From Christensenellales bacterium (GTDB taxonomy: Bacteria > Bacillota > Clostridia > Christensenellales > JBMNTT01), in the NCBI GenBank assembly GCA_050945875.1, contig JBMNTT010000009.1, positions 4,285 to 68,284 on the forward strand: a stretch of 64,000 nt of DNA, read 5' to 3'. The position numbers were made by a program, and so were the translations under genes. How positions within the stretch are numbered: position 1 is the first letter of the stretch; every line of letters starts with the position of its first letter. Below are positions 17,303 to 26,259 of this stretch, piece after piece. The notes under the pieces are model-generated. The model saw only the letters and a list, made by a program, of their open reading frames with translations. It ran no database searches and was not told the DNA's origin.

Positions 17303-19330
17303 ATGCAGGTACCCCAAGTGGACGGCTACGCGCCCTTGAGCCTGAATACCTATACCAACCCCTTGCCCATTGAGATCGACGGAAAGGCGTCTAAAACCCC
17401 GCCTCCGGGGGCTGATCCCTTTGTGCTGCGCTACCGGGGCCGGTACTACTGCTACCCCACCGGCGGGGATGGCGTGCTGGCGCTTCAGAGCCGCGATTTG
17501 GTGCACTGGCGTCTATGCGGCATGGCCATGACCGCCGCGGACCAGTACAGCTATTGGGCGCCCTCGGTGATCTACCACAACGGCAAGTTCTACATGTACT
17601 ACTCCAGCGCCGAGGCCGGCAAGATCGACGACCATAGCCAGTACATGAAGGTCGCCGTGGCCGACTGCCCCACCGGCCCTTTCACGCACGTGAAGACCTT
17701 TTTCCAGAACTTCTCCATCGACACCCACGCCGTGCAGGACGCCGACGGCAAGCTCTATCTGTTCTATTCGCCCAACAACTACGCCGGCACCCATCCCACC
17801 CGCCCGGGCACGGTGATCGTGGTGGACGAGCTACTCGACCCCTTCACCCTCAAAGGGGAGCCGCGGCCGGTCATCCTGCCCACCCTGGACCAGGAAATTT
17901 TCGCGCGCAACCGCTTCGGCGACGGGCGGCACTGGCACACCATCGAGGGCGCGCTGCATTTTACCCGGGGCAACCGGCAGTATGTGACCTACTCGGGCAA
18001 CGCCTTCACCCATGAGCATTATTTCGTGGGCTACGCCACGGCCCCCAAAGGGCCCATCGGCCAGGCTCAGTGGCGCAAGTGGCCCGACGAGAGCACCTGG
18101 GGCCCGATCATGCGCAAAAACGAGCGGGTGGAGGGCACGGGGCATAACTCCGTCACCAAGGCGCCCAACGGTGTGGATGACTTTTTGGTCTATCACGGGC
18201 GGGAGGTCGATCCTGACGCGGGCGAAGGCGAGCGCCGCTTGATGCGCATCGATCCCATCCGCTACATGGGCGACGCGCTGTGGGTCTCGGGCCCCAGCTA
18301 TGCCCCCCAGGACGCGCCGGCCAAGGCCTCCTTCGCTGACGACTTTGAGGACGGCCCCTGCGCGTGGACCTTTGACCAGGGCGAGTGGACCCGGGGCGAG
18401 GGCGCGCTGCGTCAAGGCCAGCCCGTTGGCGTGGCCACGGCGGTCATCCCTCAGGGCGGCCGCGCCCATTTTGTCAGCGCCTACGCCCGCTGGCTGCATC
18501 ACCACATGGGCGGGCGCTATGGCCTGGCCGTGGTGTACAGCGACAAGGATAATCAGGTCACCCTGACCCTGGACGAGGGGCTGCGCCTGGCGGTGGTCAC
18601 CGCCACGGTGGGCGGTATCCGTCGCCAGGTCTCGACCCATCCCCTGCCCAAGGATTTTGACTGCGCCGCGTGGCACCTGCTGCGCGCCCAAGTGCTGCCG
18701 GGCAGCCTAACCGCCCACGTGGACGGCATCCGGGTCTACGAGGGACCCATCCCCTCCCTGTCGGGCCGCGCAGGCCTGGTGACGGCCTACACCAAGGCGG
18801 AGTTCTCCGCCTTCGTCTACACCGACCACTTCGAGACCTTCTTCGACGGCAAGGGCGACCTGGGCTGTTTCGAGGTCATCGAGGGCGGCTATGACCTGAC
18901 CGGCGAGGGGCTGCGGCCCCTGGAGGAGGGGGTCAATATGCTGCGCTACACCCAGATGCTGCCCCAGGACGTGCGCATCCAGGCATCCTACCGCCTGGAC
19001 CCCACCTGCGGGGACGGGCCGGTGGGCCTGGTGCTGGGCAAGAGCGACCATGGCGCGACCATCTGGATGAACGCCGCGCGCAACCGCTGCGGGGTGCTCA
19101 ACGCTGTGGACGGGGTGGACACCCAGATCACCGCCTGCGACCACGCGCCCATCTTCGGCGGGCAGGACATCACCTTCGAGGCCACCCGGGTGGGCGATAC
19201 CTGGCGCATCCTGGTGGACCATGAGGAGATCTACCGTGGTCCCCTGTCGGTGTCCAGCTTTGCCGGGCTGGTCAGCGAGAATGTGCGCGCCACGGTCACC
19301 CATTTCGCCGTCACCGAGTACAAGCTGTAA
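17303..19330 (+). CDS. glycoside hydrolase family 43 protein with C-terminal lectin/beta-sandwich-like extension
   Basis: GADPFVLRYRGRYYCY, YWAPSVIYHNGKFYMYYS and HNSV motifs of the GH43 five-bladed propeller. GAGGAGG RBS 9 nt before the ATG at 17303. Confidence 0.8.
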   Translation: MQVPQVDGYAPLSLNTYTNPLPIEIDGKASKTPPPGADPFVLRYRGRYYCYPTGGDGVLALQSRDLVHWRLCGMAMTAADQYSYWAPSVIYHNGKFYMYYSSAEAGKIDDHSQYMKVAVADCPTGPFTHVKTFFQNFSIDTHAVQDADGKLYLFYSPNNYAGTHPTRPGTVIVVDELLDPFTLKGEPRPVILPTLDQEIFARNRFGDGRHWHTIEGALHFTRGNRQYVTYSGNAFTHEHYFVGYATAPKGPIGQAQWRKWPDESTWGPIMRKNERVEGTGHNSVTKAPNGVDDFLVYHGREVDPDAGEGERRLMRIDPIRYMGDALWVSGPSYAPQDAPAKASFADDFEDGPCAWTFDQGEWTRGEGALRQGQPVGVATAVIPQGGRAHFVSAYARWLHHHMGGRYGLAVVYSDKDNQVTLTLDEGLRLAVVTATVGGIRRQVSTHPLPKDFDCAAWHLLRAQVLPGSLTAHVDGIRVYEGPIPSLSGRAGLVTAYTKAEFSAFVYTDHFETFFDGKGDLGCFEVIEGGYDLTGEGLRPLEEGVNMLRYTQMLPQDVRIQASYRLDPTCGDGPVGLVLGKSDHGATIWMNAARNRCGVLNAVDGVDTQITACDHAPIFGGQDITFEATRVGDTWRILVDHEEIYRGPLSVSSFAGLVSENVRATVTHFAVTEYKL

Positions 19331-19343
19331 TCCACATACGCAC

Positions 19344-19376
19344 AAGGCCCGGGAAGCGCTGCTTCCCGGGCCTTTG
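19344..19376. terminator. intrinsic terminator hairpin
   Basis: AAGGCCCGGGAAGC-GCT-GCTTCCCGGGCCTT followed by TGGTTT. Confidence 0.65.
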
Positions 19377-19378
19377 GT

Positions 19379-19907
19379 TTACCGCGCCTTCTCCGCCGCC
19401 AGGGCCACGCACTGGGGCAGGGCCGCGTAGGGATATTGCCGCCAGTCGTACAGCCTGCCGCCGTCCGCCCTTCTCTGCTGGGTGTCGCTGTACAGATAAT
19501 CATAGCTCAGGTGATCCTCCGGGCCGCTGTAAAACTCTTCCATGCGCGTCAGGCGCAGGCCCGAGCCCACCAGGGCGTTGATCAGGTCCTGCATGCGCCA
19601 GGCATAGGTGGGCACCTGGCCAAAGGGACCGATATCGTCATAGCGCTTGACGATGCGCACGGTGTCGCCGCTGTCGTCGAAGGGGCGGATCATCGGGTGG
19701 GTATCAGGCAAAGGCCGCATAGTTGTCCCCGCTGGAGGGGATGCACACCGTCCGCCCGGCCAGCTCCGGCAGCAGCGGCCGCACGGCCGCTGGGAAAGCC
19801 ACATAGGGGTCGGCGATCACCTGCTCCAACAGCGCGCGTCGGCACTGGAGGCGCACGCCGTCCTCCTGCTGGGATCGATTCCAATGGTCCACGATGCGCT
19901 GATCCAC
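19379..19907 (-). pseudogene. class I SAM-dependent methyltransferase remnant (frameshifted, apparently internally deleted)
   Basis: Two overlapping minus-strand ORFs in different frames. 19704..19907 is an N-terminal piece ending ...VCIPSSGDNYAAFA. 19379..19804 makes sense only from ...PMIRPFDDSGDTVRIVKRY... onward. The nucleotide-binding middle of the fold is missing. Confidence 0.5.
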
Positions 19908-19910
19908 GGG

Positions 19911-21599
19911 TTACCCTCCTATCACATCGAAGCCGAACACCCGCGTCGGGCCCCCGCCCCAGCTGCCCAGCGGCACCAGGTCGACCGCCAGCGCCTCCCC
20001 GCCAATGTCCAGGTTGACCAGCCGCCGCTCATTGTCCCGAACGGGCAGACGGGTTTGCGCGCCGTCCGGGCGGGTGACCACCAGGTCGAAATCCCGCAGC
20101 AGGGTGGCGGGCACGCCGTAACCGGGCTGCTTGAGGGGATAGTTGCAGGGCATGTTGTGCTCGGGCCGGTTCAGGTCGCTGTCGAACACCAAGCGCGCGG
20201 CGCGCACCCGCTCAGGCTCGTTGAAGGCGTAGCCGACGGGCTGGCCAGCCGGCCCTTGGTAACAGTTCTCCTCCCCCCGCTCCAGGCCATTGCGCAACAC
20301 CGGGTGGGAGCAGTGCGCCCGCATCGTCAGCTCCGGCAGGCGGCGCGCCACCCCGGGCAGAAAGCAGTCGTCCGCCAGCAAGGTCTGCTGCAGCGCGCCG
20401 ATGTCCAGCGTCTGAAGGCCCGCACCCCGCACCTGGGCCGCGGCGGTGCCCACCGCCTGACCCAGCAGGGCGCAGGTAGCCATCACCCGGGAGGAGCTCA
20501 GGGCGGTGTGGGTGACGCTGATATTCCGCCCGGCGAAGAGCAGATTGGGCACGTTGACCGAGTGCAGGCTGGAGAAGGGAATTCCCCAGGGCGAGGGCGC
20601 GGCGTGGTAGATGGTTGGGTGGCTGGCGGTATGGCGGAAACCCGCCGGGAAGTGATCATCCATGGTCCATCCGCCGTAGGCCACCACGTCCGGGAAAGGG
20701 CCGCCGGCGCGCACATGGTGTTGGGTGACCACCGTGGGGCCGATATAGCGGCGGCTCTCGCGCTTACCCGGCAGCATGCCGATCCACTCCAGCTCCCAGT
20801 TGGCCGCGCCGTGGTCCCCCTGGTTCTTCATGTGGTCCCACACGCCCAGGGCGATCTTGAGCAGCTCGTGGCGCAGGCGCTCGGTGTCGGCGATGCAGTC
20901 GTCCTCCCCGCCCAGCTCGATCCACCAAAAATTGTTGTCCCGATCGTGGTCCTTGAAGGGCAGATCGTCGTCGGTCCGATAGGTGTTGGCCCAGTCGGGC
21001 TTGACAAAGGTCTGGGGCTCGGGCGTCTCCCGAATCTGGAACAGGCAACTCATGCCCATGGTCTTGCGGTCGGGCTGCTCGGGGGCGATGGACTCTCCAT
21101 ATTGTGCCCGGCCCTCCCGGCCATAGGTGTGCTCGGCCCCGGTCAGGGGGGCCAGCACCGAGTCGCCGCTGCAGTCGGCAAACAGCGCGGCGCGCACCCG
21201 ATGCATCCGCTGGGTGGTGGTCTGCCAGCCCGTGACGCTGGCGATGCGCCCATCCTCCATGGCCGCGTCCAGGCAGGAGCAGTTGAGCAGCAGGGTGATG
21301 TTGGGCTCCTGAGTCACCTTCTCGTAGAGGATCAGGTCCCACAGGGGAAACTTCAGCCCGGGGTTTCGGCGGTAGTTGGCCAGCTCGATCTCCTCGAGGA
21401 TGCCGGTCTCCCGGTTATCCCGGCCATGCGCGCCGCACACCCACATGCGAATCTCGCTGGAGGCGTTGCCGCCCAGCACCGGCCGGTCCTGCATCAGGGC
21501 CACCTTGGCCCCGTGGCGCGCCGCGGCGATGGCGGCGCACACGCCCGACAGGCCGCCGCCCACCACGCAAAAATCCACCTGATGGTTCACCGTCTCCAT
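19911..21599 (-). CDS. FAD-dependent oxidoreductase family protein
   Basis: N-terminal dinucleotide-binding motif VDFCVVGGGLSGVCAAIAAARHGAKVALMQDRPVLGGNASSE. 562 aa. Confidence 0.8.
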   Translation of the reverse strand: METVNHQVDFCVVGGGLSGVCAAIAAARHGAKVALMQDRPVLGGNASSEIRMWVCGAHGRDNRETGILEEIELANYRRNPGLKFPLWDLILYEKVTQEPNITLLLNCSCLDAAMEDGRIASVTGWQTTTQRMHRVRAALFADCSGDSVLAPLTGAEHTYGREGRAQYGESIAPEQPDRKTMGMSCLFQIRETPEPQTFVKPDWANTYRTDDDLPFKDHDRDNNFWWIELGGEDDCIADTERLRHELLKIALGVWDHMKNQGDHGAANWELEWIGMLPGKRESRRYIGPTVVTQHHVRAGGPFPDVVAYGGWTMDDHFPAGFRHTASHPTIYHAAPSPWGIPFSSLHSVNVPNLLFAGRNISVTHTALSSSRVMATCALLGQAVGTAAAQVRGAGLQTLDIGALQQTLLADDCFLPGVARRLPELTMRAHCSHPVLRNGLERGEENCYQGPAGQPVGYAFNEPERVRAARLVFDSDLNRPEHNMPCNYPLKQPGYGVPATLLRDFDLVVTRPDGAQTRLPVRDNERRLVNLDIGGEALAVDLVPLGSWGGGPTRVFGFDVIGG

Positions 21600-21602
21600 C
21601 GC

Positions 21603-22904
21603 TCATCCCTCCGGTCGCAGGCATTCCAGGATCAGCACCCAGTCCTGCCCCTTGCCCTGGCTGGGCGGAACGAAGGTGCAGCCGCCCCAGCTGGGGTAGA
21701 TGCCCAGCGTCTGGCGCGTCCCCTCCCGGGGATCATACCAGCTGGCGCGCACCTCCCCCGGGGCCAACAGGCGCATGCGCACCGTGATGGGCAGGCCCAG
21801 GGGCGAGTAGCAGAAGGCGTAGTCGTCGCCCCGGCAGGCCGCCTGATGGGCGTTGACGTCGTTGACCACGGCGATGAGCTCCTGGGCGGGCCGCCGCTGA
21901 AAGTATGGATAGGCCTCGATCAGCGCGCGCAGGTGGCGCATATCCTCGGCGCCGTCGTGGCGCGCGGCCTGCTCATAGACATAGGGGAAGTAGTCCGTCG
22001 CCTCGCGGTTGAAGCCCCAGACGCAGTGGTTGCCATAGGTGTGGCCGCAGGCCCCGCTGAGCACATCCCACCAGGCGCTCTGGCGCACATCCGCCGCGTC
22101 GTAATAGTAGCCGAACCCGGGGTTGAAGCAGGCGGGATGATCCTCATAGCGCGGCTCGCCATCCAGCACCGGGCGCACCGGGGTCAGGGCGTAATCCGCC
22201 GCCACCTGCTCGTGGCAGTGCCAGCCGTGGGTGCCGTGGCCGGTCTGGAGCATGTGAAAGTCGATGTAGGGCGCGTCGTGCACGTACTCGCTGGAGGAGT
22301 GGTCCCCGTTGGGGTGCAGGGTCATCAGGTGCCGTCCGCCGTCGCCCTGGCGCAGCCCATCGGCCATGGCGTCGATAACGGCGCGGTGCTCGGGGGTGGT
22401 CAGGGGCCGATCGCCGCCCAGGACCCAGATCAGGCCGTCCCGCGCGCGCAGGCGCTCCCCCAGCCACAATCCGTACTGCCGAGCGTTCTCGGGCGTGAAG
22501 ATCACCGGGCCTTGACCCCAGAGCAAATTGAACTTGTCCCCCCAGGTAGGCAGCAGCGCCATGACCAGCCCATGGCGCTCGGCCATGTCCAGCACCCGGT
22601 CCACAAAGTCCCAGTAGCCCCCCGCCTCGTCGGGCAAGGCGGGATCGATCTCCCCCCGGCTGTTCTTGCGCAGCGGCAGCTGCCCCAGGCGGTTGGGCAC
22701 GGTCAGCCCTTCAAACTCCGCCAGCAGCACCGCCTGGATGACCGTGAACCCCTGCCGCGCCCGCAGGGCGAAATGGGCGTCGATCTCGGGCTCGTCCAGC
22801 CGGTGGAACAGCTCCCAGCAGGTGTCGGCCAGGTAGAAGAACGGGGTACCATCGGCACGCTGCAAAAAGCGCCGGTTGTCGCTCACGCGGATGGGTTGGT
22901 CCAT
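21603..22904 (-). CDS. DUF4038 / GH140-like glycoside hydrolase
   Basis: DGTPFFYLADTCWELFHRL...GFTVIQAVLLAE...LLPTWGDK...WVLGGDR follows the conserved pattern I recall for DUF4038 (GH140 apiosidase-like) proteins. Confidence 0.7.
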   Translation of the reverse strand: MDQPIRVSDNRRFLQRADGTPFFYLADTCWELFHRLDEPEIDAHFALRARQGFTVIQAVLLAEFEGLTVPNRLGQLPLRKNSRGEIDPALPDEAGGYWDFVDRVLDMAERHGLVMALLPTWGDKFNLLWGQGPVIFTPENARQYGLWLGERLRARDGLIWVLGGDRPLTTPEHRAVIDAMADGLRQGDGGRHLMTLHPNGDHSSSEYVHDAPYIDFHMLQTGHGTHGWHCHEQVAADYALTPVRPVLDGEPRYEDHPACFNPGFGYYYDAADVRQSAWWDVLSGACGHTYGNHCVWGFNREATDYFPYVYEQAARHDGAEDMRHLRALIEAYPYFQRRPAQELIAVVNDVNAHQAACRGDDYAFCYSPLGLPITVRMRLLAPGEVRASWYDPREGTRQTLGIYPSWGGCTFVPPSQGKGQDWVLILECLRPEG

Positions 22905-22934
22905 GATGCGTTCCTCCTCACAATCTGCGGCGGC

Positions 22935-23915
22935 TCAGTCCATCTCCCGCACCGCCACCGGGCTGGTCCAGGCTTTGCGGCCCTGGGCGTCGATGATCTC
23001 GCAGCGGACGAAATGGTCCATCGGCGAGAGGGTGTAGGTGAATTCCGTGCCCGCCTGGGCGACCTGGGCCCGGGCGGCGTTGTAGAAAGCGTCGGTGTAG
23101 AACACCGCCATGGACGCGGGCGAGCAGGTCACGGTCACCACCCCATCCTCGATCTGAACCTGCTCGATGGCCGGGCCCTGACTGGCGTAGAATCGCCCGG
23201 CGAACAGCGCCTCCAGGATGCCCTCCCGGGACAGGGAACGGGCGTTAACCATCGTATAGCCGCGGCACTCCTCGCCGCTGTAGAAATGCGCGTCGTCCGC
23301 GGCGATGAAGGGCAGCAGCACCCCCGAGGAGGAGGCCAGCACGTCGAGAAAACCGCTGCTGTCCCCGCGGTCGCCGTTCCAGGGCGTGCGGGAGACCGAG
23401 TTGAACACCTCCGCCGCGCCGATGCCCGACAGGCACTCCACCACGTCCACCCGCAGCAGGCTCCAGGCCGGGTGCGCCAGGATGACAAAAGCCCCCGCCT
23501 CGCGCAGGATGTCGATCAGGTCCTGGGGATGGCGGGAGGGCTCATAGACATAGTTGGGTTGCCGATCCATACCGATACCCACCAGATGATAGGCCTGGCT
23601 GCGGCAGACGCAATCGATCTCCACCCCGCAGAGCAGCAGGAAATCCTCGCCTTCCACGGTCTGGCTGACCCGGCCATGGTCGGTCAGGGCGAGAAAATCA
23701 TAGCCGCGGCTGCGGTAGAGCGCCGTCGCCTGCTCGGGCGTGAGCTGGCCATCGGATACGGTGGTGTGGGTGTGGGTATTTCCCTTGTACCAGTTGAGCT
23801 GGCTGTCAAAGAACTTCAAATCGATCAGTCCCCCCTTCAGGCAAATCATACCACAGTTGTCCCGTGGATGAAAGCGCTTTGGCAAGGACAACAAAAGCGG
23901 CAGCGGAATTCTCAT
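22935..23915 (-). CDS. PHP-domain (CehA/McbA-like) metal-dependent hydrolase
   Basis: GNTHTHTTVSDG...FLALTDH is a PHP metal-binding motif. Start uncertain (alternative ATG at 23849). Confidence 0.7.
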   Translation of the reverse strand: MRIPLPLLLSLPKRFHPRDNCGMICLKGGLIDLKFFDSQLNWYKGNTHTHTTVSDGQLTPEQATALYRSRGYDFLALTDHGRVSQTVEGEDFLLLCGVEIDCVCRSQAYHLVGIGMDRQPNYVYEPSRHPQDLIDILREAGAFVILAHPAWSLLRVDVVECLSGIGAAEVFNSVSRTPWNGDRGDSSGFLDVLASSSGVLLPFIAADDAHFYSGEECRGYTMVNARSLSREGILEALFAGRFYASQGPAIEQVQIEDGVVTVTCSPASMAVFYTDAFYNAARAQVAQAGTEFTYTLSPMDHFVRCEIIDAQGRKAWTSPVAVREMD

Positions 23916-23936
23916 CCGCTGCCGCTGGGGATCCGG

Positions 23937-25541
23937 TCAAACGTCGCCGTCCTCATAGTTGTCGTCGGTGGTCTCAGGGGGCGCCTGGGTGGGTTCGGCG
24001 GTTTGGCTGGGCTTAGGCGTCTTGGTGGGCTCGCTGGTGTGCGTCGGCTCCGCGCTCTGGGAAGGCTGGGGCGTCTGGCTGGGCTTGGAGGGGCCCACCC
24101 GGTACACGCCCTGGATGGCGGGGTAGACGTCCTTGTGCAGATATTCCCGCTCGATCTCGTTGCCGTCCTTGTCGTAAGTCACCTTGTAGGTGGAGTTGGT
24201 CTTGCCCACACGAGCCTGGATCTCGGTCTCCCGAGCGCCGGGGGCCAGGGAATTGTCCACGACCTCCTTGGGGGCCGGCGGGTCGGTGGACACCGCGTCG
24301 GTGGACTCCATCTTGATGTACTGGCCGTCCGGCAGGGGCGTGCCGTAGATTTCCACGGTGTACTTGCTCTTGCCGTCGCTGATATAGTAGGCCAGATAGA
24401 TGGGGTACTCGGTATTGTTGGTAAATTTAAAGTCCGCGTAGGGATAACTCACCGCCGCATCCTGGCCCAGGGGCACGTAGGAGGCCGGGATGGAATGGCG
24501 ATGGCGCTCATCCACCTGCAGGCCGGCGCGCACCGCCGCGTTGTACAAATTGGTGGACACCTGGCAGACGCCGCCGGCGGTATCGGGCTCATAGTGGGTG
24601 CCGTTCTTGATGACCATGGCATCCTGGTATCCCTTGGCCTTGGTGCGCTCGCCGGTGGCCTCGTTGAGGGAGAACTGCTCGCCGGGCTTCAGGCACAGGC
24701 CGTGGAAGGTATCCGAGGCCAGGGTGACGTTGGTGGTGCGGCCGCTCAGCAGCGTCAGCGTCGAGGTGAAGCTGACCACCAGCTTGGTGTGCTCCTCCAG
24801 CTCGGCCCGGGTGATCTTGGGCTCGAGCACCTCGGGCTCCAGGACAATGCTGGAGAAGGCGCGGGACTCGACCATCTGGGTCAACTGTTCCATCAAAGCG
24901 TCGCCGTTTAAGCCCTGGCCCTGTTTCTCATCCTTGTAGATGAACTTCTCACCGGAGGCGGCGTCGGGGTCGAACTTGACGACCTCGGCGTCCTCCGGCT
25001 CGAAGGAGACCTCGCTGACCATCTCGTCCACCTTGGCGCGCATGGGCGCGGCGTCCAGGGTCATGGAGGTCGTGAAGGCCTGTCCGTTCTCCTTGAGGTG
25101 GTTGATCTGGGCCAGGCGCTCCATAAACTCGCCCTCTCGGGCCACCGCCATGGCCTGGGCGACGATCTGCTCGGTATCGGTGGTGATGGTCAGGTCCTCC
25201 TTGGTGAAGGTCCAGGTTTTCTGACCGTCCTCGCCGTTATAGACCACCGGGATGCTAATGGCGTCCAGCTCGGACTGACGCTTTTGGTTGACCGCCTCGA
25301 TGGCCTGCTGCTCGCTCATGCCCGCCACATCGATGCCATCAATGGTGACGCCGGGATAGAAGCCCGTCTGCGCCAGGGTCTGATAGGCGCCGTAGCCCCA
25401 ATAGATGCCGAAACCGGCCAGGCCCAGCACGACCACCAGAACCACCGCGACGATCACAATCGCCTTGGTGTTGCGCTTCTTTTTTTTCGTGCTCTTCTTT
25501 TTGCCGCCGGGCGCGGGTTTGCGCGTTGCCGATTGTGTCAT
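23937..25541 (-). CDS. VanW family protein with N-terminal membrane anchor, G5-like domain and Pro/Thr/Ser-rich tail
   Basis: Lys-rich N-terminus plus TM helix. VanW core (GGVCQVSTNLYNAAVRAGLQVDERHRHS). G5-like segment (GARETEIQARVGKTNSTYKVTYDKDGNEI). PSQTPQPSQSAEPTHTSEPTKTPKPSQTAEPTQAPP tail. Confidence 0.85.
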   Translation of the reverse strand: MTQSATRKPAPGGKKKSTKKKKRNTKAIVIVAVVLVVVLGLAGFGIYWGYGAYQTLAQTGFYPGVTIDGIDVAGMSEQQAIEAVNQKRQSELDAISIPVVYNGEDGQKTWTFTKEDLTITTDTEQIVAQAMAVAREGEFMERLAQINHLKENGQAFTTSMTLDAAPMRAKVDEMVSEVSFEPEDAEVVKFDPDAASGEKFIYKDEKQGQGLNGDALMEQLTQMVESRAFSSIVLEPEVLEPKITRAELEEHTKLVVSFTSTLTLLSGRTTNVTLASDTFHGLCLKPGEQFSLNEATGERTKAKGYQDAMVIKNGTHYEPDTAGGVCQVSTNLYNAAVRAGLQVDERHRHSIPASYVPLGQDAAVSYPYADFKFTNNTEYPIYLAYYISDGKSKYTVEIYGTPLPDGQYIKMESTDAVSTDPPAPKEVVDNSLAPGARETEIQARVGKTNSTYKVTYDKDGNEIEREYLHKDVYPAIQGVYRVGPSKPSQTPQPSQSAEPTHTSEPTKTPKPSQTAEPTQAPPETTDDNYEDGDV

Positions 25542-25668
25542 ATGTTTCTATCGCTCCTTCCGCGTATCGCGTTTACAGAACTCATGATTTATGGTACATG
25601 TTCCCAGCGCCGATGTAAAGAAGCCCTGGGACAAAGTTAGGAAAGTTTAAGAATCCTGTAATATCTGG

Positions 25669-26118
25669 TTATCCAGCGATCATCACTGCAAAGCGCGTCC
25701 CCTGGCGGTTGACCGCCTCGCCCACGGCATGAAAGCCCAGCTTTTCATAGACATGGCGGGCGCGGCTGTTCCACAGGGCGACGGTCAGCCGGGGCGTGCA
25801 GCCGGGATGGCGCGCCTGGCCGAACTGCAGCACCGCCCGGACGAAGGCCGCGCCCCGACCGCCGCCGGTCAGCGCCGGAGCCATGCCCAGGCCCATGTCA
25901 AAATAGTCGCCCGAGGCATAGTCTCCCCCGGGGATGCGGGCGCTCTGGCCATAGCAGCAGTAGCCGATCAGCCGATCCTGATCGAACACCGCGAAATAGT
26001 TCCCCGCCATCAGTTCCGCCAGGTCGCCCTCGGCGAGGTTATACAGGTCGTAGGGCGGATCGTACCGCCAGCGCAGGACCTGCTGGGCGCAAGCCAAAGT
26101 CATCGGTTGAAAATCCAT
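25669..26118 (-). CDS. GNAT family N-acetyltransferase
   Basis: 149 aa, acetyl-CoA-binding-like segment (GGGRGAAFVRAVLQFG) and C-terminal YEKLGF motif. Confidence 0.8.
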   Translation of the reverse strand: MDFQPMTLACAQQVLRWRYDPPYDLYNLAEGDLAELMAGNYFAVFDQDRLIGYCCYGQSARIPGGDYASGDYFDMGLGMAPALTGGGRGAAFVRAVLQFGQARHPGCTPRLTVALWNSRARHVYEKLGFHAVGEAVNRQGTRFAVMIAG

Positions 26119-26259
26119 TCTGTCGCCGCCTTTGGGTCATTCTCAACCATTATACTCACCCGCCGCCGCCGGGTCAATGCATCCATTAAAAAGTTCTTGC
26201 ATGGATTGCGCTTTGGGCGTATAATGTTTCTCCATCATTTTACAAGGAGGTGATCGACC

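Noticed and set aside
19647-24911. 1754-aa plus-strand ORF, the longest in the track
   Set aside because: It lies exactly antisense to four well-supported minus-strand genes (FAD oxidoreductase, GH140-like, PHP, VanW). Its translation is low-complexity (Gly/Ala/Arg/Val/His-rich) with no recognisable motifs. This is a typical high-GC antisense artefact.
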